The notes under the pieces were generated by a model. It saw nothing but the letters and a program-made list of their open reading frames with translations, ran no database searches and had not been told where the DNA came from. A stretch of DNA of 64,000 nt from a virus (lineage: Duplodnaviria; Caudoviricetes): IMG/VR virus record IMGVR_UViG_3300040801_003690, positions 1,038-65,037 of that record, one strand, 5' to 3'. Made by a program: the position numbers and the translations under genes. Shown here in pieces: positions 10,930 through 21,301 of this stretch (positions are counted from its first letter, which is position 1; each line of letters opens with the position of its first letter).

Positions 10930-11355
10930 TTATTTCTCTTTCTTGTCAATGTTTTTGGGGTCCCAATCTTTCTGAGTAATAGATCGTAAATCTTGTAATT
11001 GTTTTTTAGCTATATTGTTGATAATATATTCGGTGTCGTTTGGATTTCTCCTTGCCGTCGTGGGTATATCCAATTCCGCAAGCATAGTTTTTAGCTGTAA
11101 AACCTGAGATTCTATTTCATCACTTCGTTCTTCTACTTTTGCTATTCCGCGTTGGCTTTTACCAAAAGATTCAGCCAATTTGTTCAATTCTTTTCGTTGT
11201 TCGTTGACCGCGTTGACTAGTAATTTTTTTTCTTCCGCATCTTTTTTCCAATTTTCCCAACTCTTAACAGCAACAATGCCCAATGCTCCTACCAAAAAAG
11301 GAATTGCAATCATAGATATTAAACTAATTTGTCCAAAGCCTTTATGTTTTTTCAT
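10930..11355 (-). CDS. Probable i-spanin
   Basis: Single N-terminal TM helix then coiled coil; upstream of lipoprotein gene. Confidence 0.68.
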   Translation of the reverse strand: MKKHKGFGQISLISMIAIPFLVGALGIVAVKSWENWKKDAEEKKLLVNAVNEQRKELNKLAESFGKSQRGIAKVEERSDEIESQVLQLKTMLAELDIPTTARRNPNDTEYIINNIAKKQLQDLRSITQKDWDPKNIDKKEK

Positions 11356-11582
11356 GATTTATGCCTATATACTATTCGTCCCTTGGTCAGATCATATACA
11401 CTGACTTCAACATCTACCGAATCGCCCAAAAGAACCCTAATATTATTTTTTCTAATCTTACCACTTATGGTGGCTATTAATTCATACTTTGGCTCTTCTA
11501 TTTCAACCACGAACATACCAGATGGTCGGCATTCCACAACTACTCCCCTCAAAGACAACAGACTGCCGCTGTCTTTAGACAT
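11352..11582 (-). CDS. infA: Translation initiation factor IF-1
   Basis: 'ISGKIRKNNIRVLLGDSVDVEVSVYDLTKGRIVYR' matches the IF-1 signature. Confidence 0.95.
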   Translation of the reverse strand: MSKDSGSLLSLRGVVVECRPSGMFVVEIEEPKYELIATISGKIRKNNIRVLLGDSVDVEVSVYDLTKGRIVYRHKS

Positions 11583-12348
11583 ATCTATCCAAGATAATCA
11601 TTTCCTTGTTGACGTCATTGCTAACGTATACGAGATTTCTTTCTACCATCACAGTATATGACTGGCCCAGCCACTTATCCAAAACTCGGGCCTCTCGTGG
11701 TACAAAATCTAAATCTACTCCAAGCAAATCTACTTTTTCCATCAAGGGGGCCTCTTTTCCATAGTCTATTACCTTGAAACACAGAGAACTACTGTGCCCC
11801 TCGAACGTTAAAATATTTCGGTATATATTATAATTATTGATCGTAGAATCTGCCAAAAATTCATTCAAATATTGCTCTATTGTTTTGGTGTCTTCTTTTA
11901 TATTTTTTTTGTTCATTCTTTGCAAGGCGTATCCAGATGGTTTCAGCGGTATAACATCCATTGCCTCTTCCATGGTTAATAGAGATTTTTGCTTATATGT
12001 CGATACCATCCAGTCTACGGAATGGCCTACCAGTCTTTCAATCTCGCTTGTTATATACTCCATTTTGGCCCAAAATTCATTATCTCTTAACAATTCCACA
12101 AATACCAACCACTTACCATCTGGGTTAGGATTGGGCGAAACTTCTATGTCTTGTAAAACTGCAGTACCTCTTTCCACGAAGGCGCGTATATCTTCTGCCG
12201 CCGATTCTTCCAATACATGGAACCCCACTACTATTATTTTAAATTCATGGCCAACTTTTGGCATATACTCGTCGATAGATATCATAGGATCTACCATGTC
12301 TCGAAGATCTCCTGACCTCGGCATACTTTCACACAAACGACGAATCAT
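11575..12348 (-). CDS. Phage hypothetical protein (257 aa)
   Basis: Long ORF coupled to neighbours by overlapping stop/start. Confidence 0.7.
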   Translation of the reverse strand: MIRRLCESMPRSGDLRDMVDPMISIDEYMPKVGHEFKIIVVGFHVLEESAAEDIRAFVERGTAVLQDIEVSPNPNPDGKWLVFVELLRDNEFWAKMEYITSEIERLVGHSVDWMVSTYKQKSLLTMEEAMDVIPLKPSGYALQRMNKKNIKEDTKTIEQYLNEFLADSTINNYNIYRNILTFEGHSSSLCFKVIDYGKEAPLMEKVDLLGVDLDFVPREARVLDKWLGQSYTVMVERNLVYVSNDVNKEMIILDRYV

Positions 12349-12923
12349 GTTCGATCTCCTTCATCACCGTTGAGCCAACTATCGTTAGAACCTTCCACGT
12401 CAAATTCGTCAGCTGACCCCATATCAATGTCATCGGTAGGAATATCATCGACGTATGCTGCATCTAAATCATTGGTATCGACGCCTATATCCAAATCAGA
12501 CAGCCCCATGTATTCTTCCATTTCTTGTTCTATAAGTCGTTTGGGAATTCTTATTTTTACTACCCAAACCTTATGTGGTATTAGCTTGGCTTTTTTGGTA
12601 TGTGGGTCCCTAATGTCTTCTGGGCCGTATACTCGCGTAGGCTCTTTGTATACGTCCTTCCCAAAAAACACCTTGCACCCTATCTTCACCAAACGCATGG
12701 CACCTTCAGGCTCGGGCATCTTCTTATATGGATACATCAGGGATACATCAACCCAGTGTCGTTCGATGACCGGACCGTCTATCACTTCGCCTAATTCCCA
12801 ATTGGGGTACACATATAGCCCAGATTTTTCTAATATATCTTCAAACTGAAGCAATATATCCAGTGCGCCAATGTCTTCATATACGTATTTTATTGTTTTT
12901 TTAATATCATCGTGTTTGGGCAT
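12345..12923 (-). CDS. Phage hypothetical protein with acidic tail (192 aa)
   Basis: AGGA SD; late motif at 12948-12955. Confidence 0.7.
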   Translation of the reverse strand: MPKHDDIKKTIKYVYEDIGALDILLQFEDILEKSGLYVYPNWELGEVIDGPVIERHWVDVSLMYPYKKMPEPEGAMRLVKIGCKVFFGKDVYKEPTRVYGPEDIRDPHTKKAKLIPHKVWVVKIRIPKRLIEQEMEEYMGLSDLDIGVDTNDLDAAYVDDIPTDDIDMGSADEFDVEGSNDSWLNGDEGDRT

Positions 12924-13122
12924 TTGTTAGATTCCTAAAGTTAATAGTATTTATCAATTATTAAACTATTACTCACATGTTAATGCTGTACTCAACTATG
13001 TTAAATATTAATGTATGGTAAATTTATTTATATTTCACTCCACCATATTATACAAGGCAACTGCCCTTTCGGTCAAGTTAGCCTACCTTTTTCTTTCACA
13101 ACCAATACAGGAGATTTGAAAA

Positions 13123-13824
13123 TTGTCTAAAAAGAAAAAACAGGCAAGAATTATACCTATGCCAGAAACTAATTATAAAAACAAACCTCATAAAGTAGAA
13201 ATAATTCCACGAAATACAACCCAAGAAGAATATCTTGGATATTTGTTGGATGAAAACAAAAAATTAGTTTTTGCATTAGGTCCAGCAGGTACTGGAAAAA
13301 CACTGTTGGCTACCTTGCACGCTATTCGTTTGTTTAAAATGGGTCACATAAATAAATTGTATATAACTCGTCCCGCTCTGGGTGTTTCGGGAGAGCAACA
13401 TGGTTTTCTTCCCGGAGGCATAAACGAAAAAATGGACCCATGGTTAAAACCTATTTTTGATATTTTTGAGGAATATTATTCTCCTACCGAAATAAAAAAA
13501 CTTTTAGAAGAAAATATAATTGAAATTGCACCCTTGGCTTATATGCGGGGTAGAAATTTCAAAAATTCAATCGTCTTATTTGATGAAGCCCAAAACACAA
13601 CAGAAGATCAGATGAAAATGATATTAACTCGTGTCGGTGAAAACTGCCGGATGTTCATAACCGGGGACATACAACAGCGAGATTATAATCGCAATGGACT
13701 CAATAATTTTATAGAAAAACTCAAAACACATCCCAAAACAACCATTGGTCTAGTTGAATTTAATTTGGCTCAAGTCGAAAGATCAGCGGTCGTTAAGGAT
13801 GTTCTGGACATATACGATTCATAA
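13123..13824 (+). CDS. phoH: PhoH-family ATPase
   Basis: GPAGTGKT, GFLPG, AYMRGR, DEAQN, GD..Q motifs; TTG start with AGGAG SD. Confidence 0.95.
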   Translation: MSKKKKQARIIPMPETNYKNKPHKVEIIPRNTTQEEYLGYLLDENKKLVFALGPAGTGKTLLATLHAIRLFKMGHINKLYITRPALGVSGEQHGFLPGGINEKMDPWLKPIFDIFEEYYSPTEIKKLLEENIIEIAPLAYMRGRNFKNSIVLFDEAQNTTEDQMKMILTRVGENCRMFITGDIQQRDYNRNGLNNFIEKLKTHPKTTIGLVEFNLAQVERSAVVKDVLDIYDS

Positions 13825-14477
13825 TTATCATTAACAATCATATCATAAATCTCTTCCCATGAATTGGCCCGTGGGAAGAGATCTGTCCTAAAGTGCTCAT
13901 TATGTGAGTGATTCATCAATATGGATCGCAATCCCAGCTCATAGCCGCTTTCTGCGTGTCGAAAGTGGTCGTCTACCCACCAAAAGTTTTTTCCTTGCCA
14001 TGTAGAAAGTGCATTGTGTTTCGAAGAACCAACCGACAAACATACCATGTGGTTGTGGTCAAAAACTCCCGGACCAAAAAGCGAATCTAAATTATATTTT
14101 CGGTGGTCTATGGCCGATTTATGTGAACTCATGGCTGTAATACAGACGAACTGGTAACCCAAACCGTTTAATTTTCGTACATATTCAACCGCATCCTTCC
14201 ATGGTGGAAGGTATCTTAAATAATCAGATTTGTTGAATTGATCAACCATGGTGTGAACCTCGGCATCATTTAGATCCGGATACCGTAAGCTTAATCTGTA
14301 ATGATGACTGGTGTCTGGCAATGGACGATGGCCTCGGCGTTTCATGAACCGCTCAAACTCAGTTGACCAATCCAACAACACACCATCGACATCAGTCAGA
14401 ATGGTGTTATGTGGCGTTTTGTCTATGAATTTTACACTAGTCTGTGTTTTCTTCTGTATCGTCTGTTGTATGTTCAT
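13770..14477 (-). CDS. HAD-family 5'(3')-deoxyribonucleotidase-like hydrolase
   Basis: DVDGVL motif I, WVDD motif IV. Confidence 0.8.
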   Translation of the reverse strand: MNIQQTIQKKTQTSVKFIDKTPHNTILTDVDGVLLDWSTEFERFMKRRGHRPLPDTSHHYRLSLRYPDLNDAEVHTMVDQFNKSDYLRYLPPWKDAVEYVRKLNGLGYQFVCITAMSSHKSAIDHRKYNLDSLFGPGVFDHNHMVCLSVGSSKHNALSTWQGKNFWWVDDHFRHAESGYELGLRSILMNHSHNEHFRTDLFPRANSWEEIYDMIVNDNYESYMSRTSLTTADLST

Positions 14478-14760
14478 TTACTGTGTCCAATGCTTGTTCT
14501 ACTATGACCATTAATTGTTTAAATTCATTGGGATAGGTGTCACGAAAGTGTTTTTCGCACGAGGCATATGTGGCCCTCCCAGTACGATCTTTTATTATTT
14601 TCTTGTGTAGAAAATCTATAATTATAGTTGATTCGCTCTGATGCCTACTCTTTATTCTATCAACCATTTCACACTGTTCTTGGACCTGTACCTTTCCATC
14701 TAAAGTGGGCCTATAGATATGTGTAAATAATACAAATATTCCTTTGTTTTTGTATGTCAT
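14437..14760 (-). CDS. Hypothetical protein (107 aa)
   Basis: ORF in operon order. Confidence 0.6.
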   Translation of the reverse strand: MTYKNKGIFVLFTHIYRPTLDGKVQVQEQCEMVDRIKSRHQSESTIIIDFLHKKIIKDRTGRATYASCEKHFRDTYPNEFKQLMVIVEQALDTVNEHTTDDTEENTD

Positions 14761-14767
14761 CTCTGTT

Positions 14768-15706
14768 TTATTGTCCTATGGTTTCTAACTCTACAAACAT
14801 GGCTGCTATATTAATTTCTATATCAGCACACAACGGGGCCTTCGCCATCGCATCCCTAATGTATACAATTGCTTGATTTTCTTGTTCCGGGGTACTTGCC
14901 CAAAAATCGAGGTTATTATAAGCAAATCTAAAGACATCGTCTTGTTCTTCAATCCTCATGTTTTCGCAAATAATTGTTCTTGCTTCTTTGTATTTCTTGT
15001 CTCTAAATAAAGATATGGCTCTAATCAAATAATCTTCGGTAGAACTCAAATCACTTTCATCCAACGGAACAAGTTTACCGTCTGTTATGGTTTGTTGTAA
15101 ATTGTTAATGCACTTCCTCATGTCCGGGTATGCTGCTTTGATATGTGACTCTACAAGATTTATATCTTTTTCTTCTATCGTTACGCCCTCTGACACTAGT
15201 ATATGTAAAATTCTTTCGGAGAAACTATTGCGATCCAGCTGACTAAAATTATAAACTTGACATCTTGATTTTATACCGGCAATGACTTTGTGTGGGTAAT
15301 TGCATGTGAAAATAAACCGGGTTACGTTACTGTATTTCTCAACTACATTACGCAACGCAGCCTGAGCGTTTATTGAAAGATAATCACACTCATCAATAAT
15401 AATATATCTAAAATCCCCAGATGGAGTGAGAGAAGCAAATTTTACAATAGTATTTCGTACATCATCTACTCCCGTACTAGTTGATCCGTTTATTTCAAGT
15501 ATATCAGATTTGTGCACATTTAGCTCATTTAGTATTAACTTGGCCAATGTTGTTTTTCCTAACCCAGCCTGACCACTCAGCAACAGATGTGGTATCCCCC
15601 CGTCTCTTATCCAAGACATCACTTGCTGTTTCTGATTATTATCACGAAATACATACCCATCCACTGTGGTGGGGCGGTATTTTTCTGTCCACAAAATCTT
15701 AGCCAT
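14768..15706 (-). CDS. Clamp loader large subunit (T4 gp44 / RFC-like)
   Basis: WTEKYRP, G.AGLGKTT, DECD, AQAALR, SRC motifs. Confidence 0.93.
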   Translation of the reverse strand: MAKILWTEKYRPTTVDGYVFRDNNQKQQVMSWIRDGGIPHLLLSGQAGLGKTTLAKLILNELNVHKSDILEINGSTSTGVDDVRNTIVKFASLTPSGDFRYIIIDECDYLSINAQAALRNVVEKYSNVTRFIFTCNYPHKVIAGIKSRCQVYNFSQLDRNSFSERILHILVSEGVTIEEKDINLVESHIKAAYPDMRKCINNLQQTITDGKLVPLDESDLSSTEDYLIRAISLFRDKKYKEARTIICENMRIEEQDDVFRFAYNNLDFWASTPEQENQAIVYIRDAMAKAPLCADIEINIAAMFVELETIGQ

Positions 15707-15708
15707 AA

Positions 15709-16029
15709 TTATTCGTTAAAATACTCGTCAGAGGGTTCTTCGTCTGATATAACTAAAATCCCATCTGGGTAATCTACCCCCCACAAAACAAGATTTTCTT
15801 CTTTAACATTCAGTTCTCTGGACCATCTTCCATGCTCAATTAAAATCCATTCGTCGGGGTTAACATCCACCACGCCATCACCAACCGCATATACTTTTCC
15901 CCACCGAGGACGAACACCAAACTCCTTCCCATCGTCTGATGGTACAACAATGCCGTTGATTACTCTTTCGTCTTTCTGTATGTCGGTCACTAATACTCTA
16001 TTTTTGAGGGGCTTAATCATTATCTTCAC
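15709..16029 (-). CDS. groES: GroES-like co-chaperonin
   Basis: IKPLKNRVLV, GIVVP mobile loop, GKVYAVGDG. Confidence 0.88.
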   Translation of the reverse strand: MKIMIKPLKNRVLVTDIQKDERVINGIVVPSDDGKEFGVRPRWGKVYAVGDGVVDVNPDEWILIEHGRWSRELNVKEENLVLWGVDYPDGILVISDEEPSDEYFNE

Positions 16030-16420
16030 CGTTGTCCTTGATTTTGGTGCCCACGTCGGGCTTTACAATTTCATCTGGAGCTTTCTTTTTGGTTTTCTTT
16101 TTATTTGAGGTTTTAGTTTTATTCGTTGATTTCGGAACTTCACGAAGTTCTTCTAATTTTGCTTTTTCTTCTGCTTCCTTGGTCGGTGTTTGGGTAGCAG
16201 AAATACCAACCTTCTTCACGGACTTAGGATTATCTTTGTAATAAGCCCGTGCCTTATCAGCTGCTTTTTTAATAATTTCACCACCACGCCCTATTAAATC
16301 TCCCTTGGCGTTGTAATTGGCGTTTCCGGCAGCTATTTCCTTTTGGTGTCTAGACAAAATCGAAGACACGTCGAGTGTTTTGCCTCGTTTTGTTACATAT
16401 GTACCTTTCTTTCTAGCCAT
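16013..16420 (-). CDS. Basic hypothetical protein (135 aa)
   Basis: Lys-rich ORF in operon order. Confidence 0.6.
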   Translation of the reverse strand: MARKKGTYVTKRGKTLDVSSILSRHQKEIAAGNANYNAKGDLIGRGGEIIKKAADKARAYYKDNPKSVKKVGISATQTPTKEAEEKAKLEELREVPKSTNKTKTSNKKKTKKKAPDEIVKPDVGTKIKDNGEDND

Positions 16421-16430
16421 GGTTGCGTTC

Positions 16431-16907
16431 CTATTTTAAAAATTCATGGATATCCAAATCATATTTTATAGAGTTAATTCGATGCACCCCAATCAAGTAG
16501 AGTACATAAGAAGCCACGCTTGAGCCTCTCCCCACGCCCCACAAAACATTGTGTTCACGCATTGTGTCAACTATATATACCATTAATTTCAATATCATGT
16601 ATAAGTTTTTTTCTTTAAACAGTTTTAATTCATATTCAACACGAGACCGCTCATCGTCTGAGGAACATTTATCAAACAAATATACTTCTATATCCATTGA
16701 TTGATATTTCTCTGGTATGAACCAAAATTCTGCCAGATCGTCGTGTGAATCCGTACTCGTTCCATTAAGCAAATATCCATTTTCTTTTAACACTCGCTCA
16801 GAACAAGCATTATATTTATTAAATTCGTTTTCTGGAATTTTAACCCCAGCCAAACGAAATCCCTTCAACAGAGATAATACCGCCTCGTCCGTGGTTATCT
16901 CAGTCAT
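16431..16907 (-). CDS. DnaE (Pol III alpha)-like fragment 1
   Basis: 'RVEYEL...GVGRGSSVASYVLYLIGVHRINSIKYDL..HEFLK' parallels DnaE 'GPGRGS.AGSLVAY.L.IT..DP...DLLFERFL'. Confidence 0.88.
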   Translation of the reverse strand: MTEITTDEAVLSLLKGFRLAGVKIPENEFNKYNACSERVLKENGYLLNGTSTDSHDDLAEFWFIPEKYQSMDIEVYLFDKCSSDDERSRVEYELKLFKEKNLYMILKLMVYIVDTMREHNVLWGVGRGSSVASYVLYLIGVHRINSIKYDLDIHEFLK

Positions 16908-17676
16908 TGTTGTCCTTGTCTGTGGTATCTTTAGGAGGCATCACGGTGACATTATCGGGGTCATCTATGCCGTCCTTTTCTGTATACCGCTTTATTATTG
17001 AATCCAAAACATCATTAGCTCCACCGCCAGCATACTGTGCTCTCAAAGATGACTCGTATTCATACAAGGGATCGTCTTCTTTGTTAACTTTCGTAAATAA
17101 CGTAGTAACGTTGTCGTCTTCGTCCTCGTCAACTAAATCGTAGCAATCTGCGCTCTTACGAAACCACCACGGAATACCATTCGTTGACTTATACGTTTCT
17201 TCGTCATGTAACACTGGCATTTCCTCCAAGCCAAGAGTTGTTTCTGCATCCATAAAATTATATTGCATACCACCTCCATCGTCGGATTTAATTTTCGTCT
17301 GCACGATACACAGTTTGTCCTTAACAATTGAATTCATTTTATAATGTAATAATTTAACCAATATATCGTCTGTAGGATAACCCGGTGTTGTCATGATAGG
17401 ATTTGAAAACGACCCAATGGCGTTACGAGAATCTACGTCCGATGGGTCCAGCAAAACTAAGTTATCCATGATATCGTTTAACCAAAAAGACAACACGTTG
17501 AACGCGATGGTCACGTCCATAGTACTGCTTTCTTCGGATTCTTCGTCCTCTGGGACCAAAGCAAAAAAGTCGATAGATACATCCCAATATGTTGGAATCA
17601 ACGTACCCTGTATAGTTCGTATTCCCGTTATTCGGCCATCATAACTAATTAACAATTTTCCACTTTTATTTGTCAT
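16900..17676 (-). CDS. Acidic hypothetical protein (258 aa)
   Basis: ORF coupled to DnaE fragment 1. Confidence 0.65.
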   Translation of the reverse strand: MTNKSGKLLISYDGRITGIRTIQGTLIPTYWDVSIDFFALVPEDEESEESSTMDVTIAFNVLSFWLNDIMDNLVLLDPSDVDSRNAIGSFSNPIMTTPGYPTDDILVKLLHYKMNSIVKDKLCIVQTKIKSDDGGGMQYNFMDAETTLGLEEMPVLHDEETYKSTNGIPWWFRKSADCYDLVDEDEDDNVTTLFTKVNKEDDPLYEYESSLRAQYAGGGANDVLDSIIKRYTEKDGIDDPDNVTVMPPKDTTDKDNND

Positions 17677-17968
17677 TGTTGTTGTTTTCTTCTCCTTCGA
17701 TTTCGCCCAAGTTTATGGGATCCAATGAATATCTCCTTTTTAAATTAGCATCCATCTCCATATCTTTTTGTTGCTTTTCAGACGACAATATAATCAACCG
17801 TCTATCATATTCGGCTATTAACGCATCCATATAGACATCCAGATCATGCGACATAGTTGTGTGGCCATACCGATCACTGTGATCTTTGTATTGCTGTACC
17901 TTGGTCAGTGTATCCTTGAGTTTATTATCTGACCAATTCTGTATGTCAAGCAACGGATAAAACATCAA
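17666..17968 (-). CDS. Hypothetical protein (100 aa)
   Basis: ORF in operon order. Confidence 0.6.
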   Translation of the reverse strand: MMFYPLLDIQNWSDNKLKDTLTKVQQYKDHSDRYGHTTMSHDLDVYMDALIAEYDRRLIILSSEKQQKDMEMDANLKRRYSLDPINLGEIEGEENNNNDK

Positions 17969-18222
17969 AGTATATCCTCAACGTGATCAACCTCATATCT
18001 AACCATGATATCTCTCACTCGGTTGATAAGTTCCACTTCAGTATCATACGATCCGGTCATATAATATGATGAAAACATATCTTCTTCAATGTCATCGGGG
18101 TGGGTGGCAGGTACAAAAGACAACAAAAATGATATGTCATCTTTTACTTGATCAATATTTAATTTTAGCATTGTTATACTCGTATTCGTGTAGTTCCTGT
18201 AACAACATGTCGTCGGCTTCAA
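17965..18222 (-). CDS. Hypothetical protein (true start probably downstream at MLKLNID)
   Basis: ORF in operon order. Confidence 0.5.
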   Translation of the reverse strand: MKPTTCCYRNYTNTSITMLKLNIDQVKDDISFLLSFVPATHPDDIEEDMFSSYYMTGSYDTEVELINRVRDIMVRYEVDHVEDIL

Positions 18223-18553
18223 ATCTAACTTCCTGTTTATATGTTAGATAATTTATTTCTGTCCCGTTATATATAGTAAGCGGCTGATTAACAACTATAG
18301 TTACTACCTTATTGGGAGCAATGTCTATTATATCAAAAATACCGCAATAAAGCAAATCTACGACAGTATAAATATCACTGAACATGGATCCATGATCAAG
18401 GCCCTTGTGGTTAAATTTTTCTACTAAAGATGCATTTTTTTTTGTTTCAAGTAACGCATCAACCTCAACCTGCGTGCCTAGCATAAGATATATTGGGTGG
18501 TCAATGTCTATTAAAAACATTAATTCTTCGTAACGGTCTTTATCAATACTCAT
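18152..18553 (-). CDS. Hypothetical protein (133 aa)
   Basis: ORF in operon order. Confidence 0.55.
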   Translation of the reverse strand: MSIDKDRYEELMFLIDIDHPIYLMLGTQVEVDALLETKKNASLVEKFNHKGLDHGSMFSDIYTVVDLLYCGIFDIIDIAPNKVVTIVVNQPLTIYNGTEINYLTYKQEVRFEADDMLLQELHEYEYNNAKIKY

Positions 18554-18992
18554 CGGTCTTATTTAGCTCCTGCGTCTGTCCACTTAGCTTTAAAAAAGTT
18601 AAAATACCATCTAATTTAGTGCGTACATCATTTACCCCTTCCTTTCCAATAGCAATGTATACCACAGGACCATGGGTTAGGTTTTTGCGTATTTGTTCTA
18701 TATTTTTCAAGTGCATGTGTATGTTGTTTTTTATAGATTTTTGTTTTTCTTGCCAACTGAACGGTGTCTGTATTCTTCTTTTAAATCGACAAAAATCTGC
18801 CATGGCTCTGGTATATCTATAACTACCCATGTGCCAATTTTTCTTACCATGGCCGAACTCACGGTTCATTTCCCTAATAAATGCATTATAAAACGCAATG
18901 TTCAGTCCAAGAGTCACCTTGGTTTTGTAAAACCGTATGGTTTCGTTTTTTACTGTTTTTTCAACAACTTCTAAATTCATATCATTTTTCAT
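18543..18992 (-). CDS. Hypothetical protein (149 aa)
   Basis: ORF abutting neighbours. Confidence 0.55.
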   Translation of the reverse strand: MKNDMNLEVVEKTVKNETIRFYKTKVTLGLNIAFYNAFIREMNREFGHGKKNWHMGSYRYTRAMADFCRFKRRIQTPFSWQEKQKSIKNNIHMHLKNIEQIRKNLTHGPVVYIAIGKEGVNDVRTKLDGILTFLKLSGQTQELNKTDEY

Positions 18993-19862
18993 CTAATCTG
19001 CTTGTTCGTTTTCGACATAATTGGTTACTAATTTTAATTGCCGTTTTTTCGCTTCACTTATTTTAGCCCCCCTCAGTCTATCCAAAACCATCGTTTGTTC
19101 CAAAAATGATGGAATGAATTTTGGAACATAAAACTGCTCTTTATTAATTCGATATTCTCTTATCATTTCCATTAGTATACCAGTAATAGTAGTAGATGAC
19201 AAGCCCAGTTTTATTAAATTGTTCTCAGTTAAAAACTTAATACTTCGGTTGCTACGTAATATAATTTGCCTTTGGGTAAAATATGGCATCTGCATAGCTT
19301 CGGCGTGGTTAGCAAAATTGTCCATGTTTTGTTGGCTTGGATACCGTTGTAATAATTGTACCCACGGAATCAATGGAAATTTTATGGTTGCCCATCTTTT
19401 GTTCCAATGATGATCGACGATGTCTCTGTCAATTAAATGTGATCCATAGCCTTTTAGAAAATATTTTAACTTTGTATTCGAAATTACTTTTACACGCGAG
19501 TCTGATTGAATTTCGACAAACAAAGAACATACTTCTTTGGGTGAGGGCAAAAAAGTAAAAGCTTCTGCTATATTCAATATATCAATTTCAGTGAAAATAT
19601 GATGTTTAAATGGCTGAAAAACAGGACCCCCAGCTTCTATATCATTCAGTGACTGATAAAAGATATATTCTGCATAAATCGTTGCTCGTTTCTGTTTTGA
19701 ATAAATGCCCCAATCGTCAATGTTTTTTTGAATGTCGGTGAAAGAAGAGGTAGACATAAAATGATCATACATTTTTCGCCCCTGTTGCAGGTGAATATCT
19801 AACAGAGACTGCCCCTCTTTGATCGAACTGCCCGTCACATCCACTTCACACCTCCCTACCAT
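18993..19862 (-). CDS. Hypothetical protein (289 aa)
   Basis: Long ORF abutting neighbours. Confidence 0.6.
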   Translation of the reverse strand: MVGRCEVDVTGSSIKEGQSLLDIHLQQGRKMYDHFMSTSSFTDIQKNIDDWGIYSKQKRATIYAEYIFYQSLNDIEAGGPVFQPFKHHIFTEIDILNIAEAFTFLPSPKEVCSLFVEIQSDSRVKVISNTKLKYFLKGYGSHLIDRDIVDHHWNKRWATIKFPLIPWVQLLQRYPSQQNMDNFANHAEAMQMPYFTQRQIILRSNRSIKFLTENNLIKLGLSSTTITGILMEMIREYRINKEQFYVPKFIPSFLEQTMVLDRLRGAKISEAKKRQLKLVTNYVENEQAD

Positions 19863-20907
19863 TTAGCGATGTATTAAGCTGTCGATTGACTCTTACGAAC
19901 GTGGTCGCCCTAGAGACTTGCTTCAATTCACGAGCACCAATGTACGTCATCATGCTGCGTATTCCTCCTAAAATTTCCTGAACCGTGTTGTCAACGGGAC
20001 CGCGATAGGGGACAACAACTGTTTTTCCTTCACTAGCCCTATACTCAGCCACGCCGCCGTTGTGGGCGTTCATTGCGGTGTCCGATGACATTCCGTAAAA
20101 TTTCATGCCCTGTGGAGTGCCACCAGAATATATTAACTCTCCACCGCATTCGTCGTGACCCGCAAGCATGCCCCCTAACATCACAAAGTCGGCACCACCA
20201 CCATATGCTTTGGCTACGTCACCGGAACTCACGCATCCTCCGTCAGCACACACTAGACCACCCATTCCATGTGCAGCATCAGAGCATTCAATAACCGCAG
20301 ATAACTGAGGGTAGCCCACTCCAGTGACTTTTCTGGTCGTACAAACGCTTCCGGGTCCAATTCCTACTTTAACTATGTCTGCCCCAGACAAAATAAGTTG
20401 TTCAGTCATTTCTCCAGTAACGACATTGCCAGCCATGAGTATGGAGTTGGGAAACATATTCCTAATTGTTGGGATATGATGATCGGAAAAGGCTTCAAAA
20501 TAGCCATTTGCAACATCGATGCATATCATGGGATTTGCATCAGAATCTAGTTTTGAACGAAATTCCCTTAGCCTTTCGTAGTCCCGTTCGCTGACACCGA
20601 AGGTATAGAATACGTTGTTCTGTAGTTCAGGATACGTCTCATAAAATTGAACCAAAACTTCAGCAGTATAATATTTATGCAAGGCGGTCACTGCGTTAAA
20701 CTTCGCTAGCACCACCGCCATGTCTATAGTGCCAACAGTATCCATATTGGCTGCAATTATTGGACTTCCCGTCCAAGAACCTTCGGCGTGTACAAATTTA
20801 TTAAAAGTGCGTTCGACTTTTACAATTTCCCGAGAGGGGAGGGTTGATCGCTTGGGACGAATAAGAACGTCGCTATAGTCTAGTTTGATGTCTTCTTCTA
20901 TACGCAT
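19846..20907 (-). CDS. guaC: GMP reductase (type 1)
   Basis: [54 protein letters not shown]. Confidence 0.96.
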   Translation of the reverse strand: MRIEEDIKLDYSDVLIRPKRSTLPSREIVKVERTFNKFVHAEGSWTGSPIIAANMDTVGTIDMAVVLAKFNAVTALHKYYTAEVLVQFYETYPELQNNVFYTFGVSERDYERLREFRSKLDSDANPMICIDVANGYFEAFSDHHIPTIRNMFPNSILMAGNVVTGEMTEQLILSGADIVKVGIGPGSVCTTRKVTGVGYPQLSAVIECSDAAHGMGGLVCADGGCVSSGDVAKAYGGGADFVMLGGMLAGHDECGGELIYSGGTPQGMKFYGMSSDTAMNAHNGGVAEYRASEGKTVVVPYRGPVDNTVQEILGGIRSMMTYIGARELKQVSRATTFVRVNRQLNTSLNGREV

Positions 20908-20937
20908 GGTGGGTGTGCTCGGTTAATAACAAATGTT

Positions 20938-20966
20938 ATTATACCAAGCTGCGTAATATATGTCAA
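20938..20966 (-). promoter_or_regulatory. Sigma70-type promoter for guaC
   Basis: TTGACA-17 bp-TATAAT with extended -10 TG. Confidence 0.85.
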
Positions 20967-21301
20967 CTAGATTGATTGTTTTGTGCTTTTATGATTTCTA
21001 TAACGAGATCCCCCATTTTTTCTATTTTCTCGTCTATTTTGTTATGTACTTCTTGTACTATTCTAATATTTTCTTTGAATTCAATTTCCAAGTGATCACA
21101 TTTGTAATCTGCAGTATCTATCTTAGACACCAATAAATCCAATTTTCGATGGACTTCGGTCTGCAAATCTAGCAGAGATCTTCTCAGTTTTTCAATTTCG
21201 GGGTTTTTCATGCCATAGATCCTAATTAATCCAGCTATGCCACCTAAAATGGTTCCCAGAATAACGAATGCCTCTGGCCACCCCAACACTCCTGCAATCA
21301 T
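20963..21301 (-). CDS. Small membrane protein (N-terminal TM + coiled coil)
   Basis: Hydrophobic residues 2-29 then heptad-like region. Confidence 0.6.
   Translation of the reverse strand: MIAGVLGWPEAFVILGTILGGIAGLIRIYGMKNPEIEKLRRSLLDLQTEVHRKLDLLVSKIDTADYKCDHLEIEFKENIRIVQEVHNKIDEKIEKMGDLVIEIIKAQNNQSS

Noticed and set aside
10930-11355. KHKGF N-terminus as a type IV prepilin signal
   Set aside because: No Glu at +5, and topology plus the adjacent lipoprotein fit an i-spanin better.
16431-16907. DnaE fragments as pseudogenes or split-intein halves
   Set aside because: Both ORFs are intact with retained motifs and are translationally coupled to neighbours. Neither has intein sequence at the junction.
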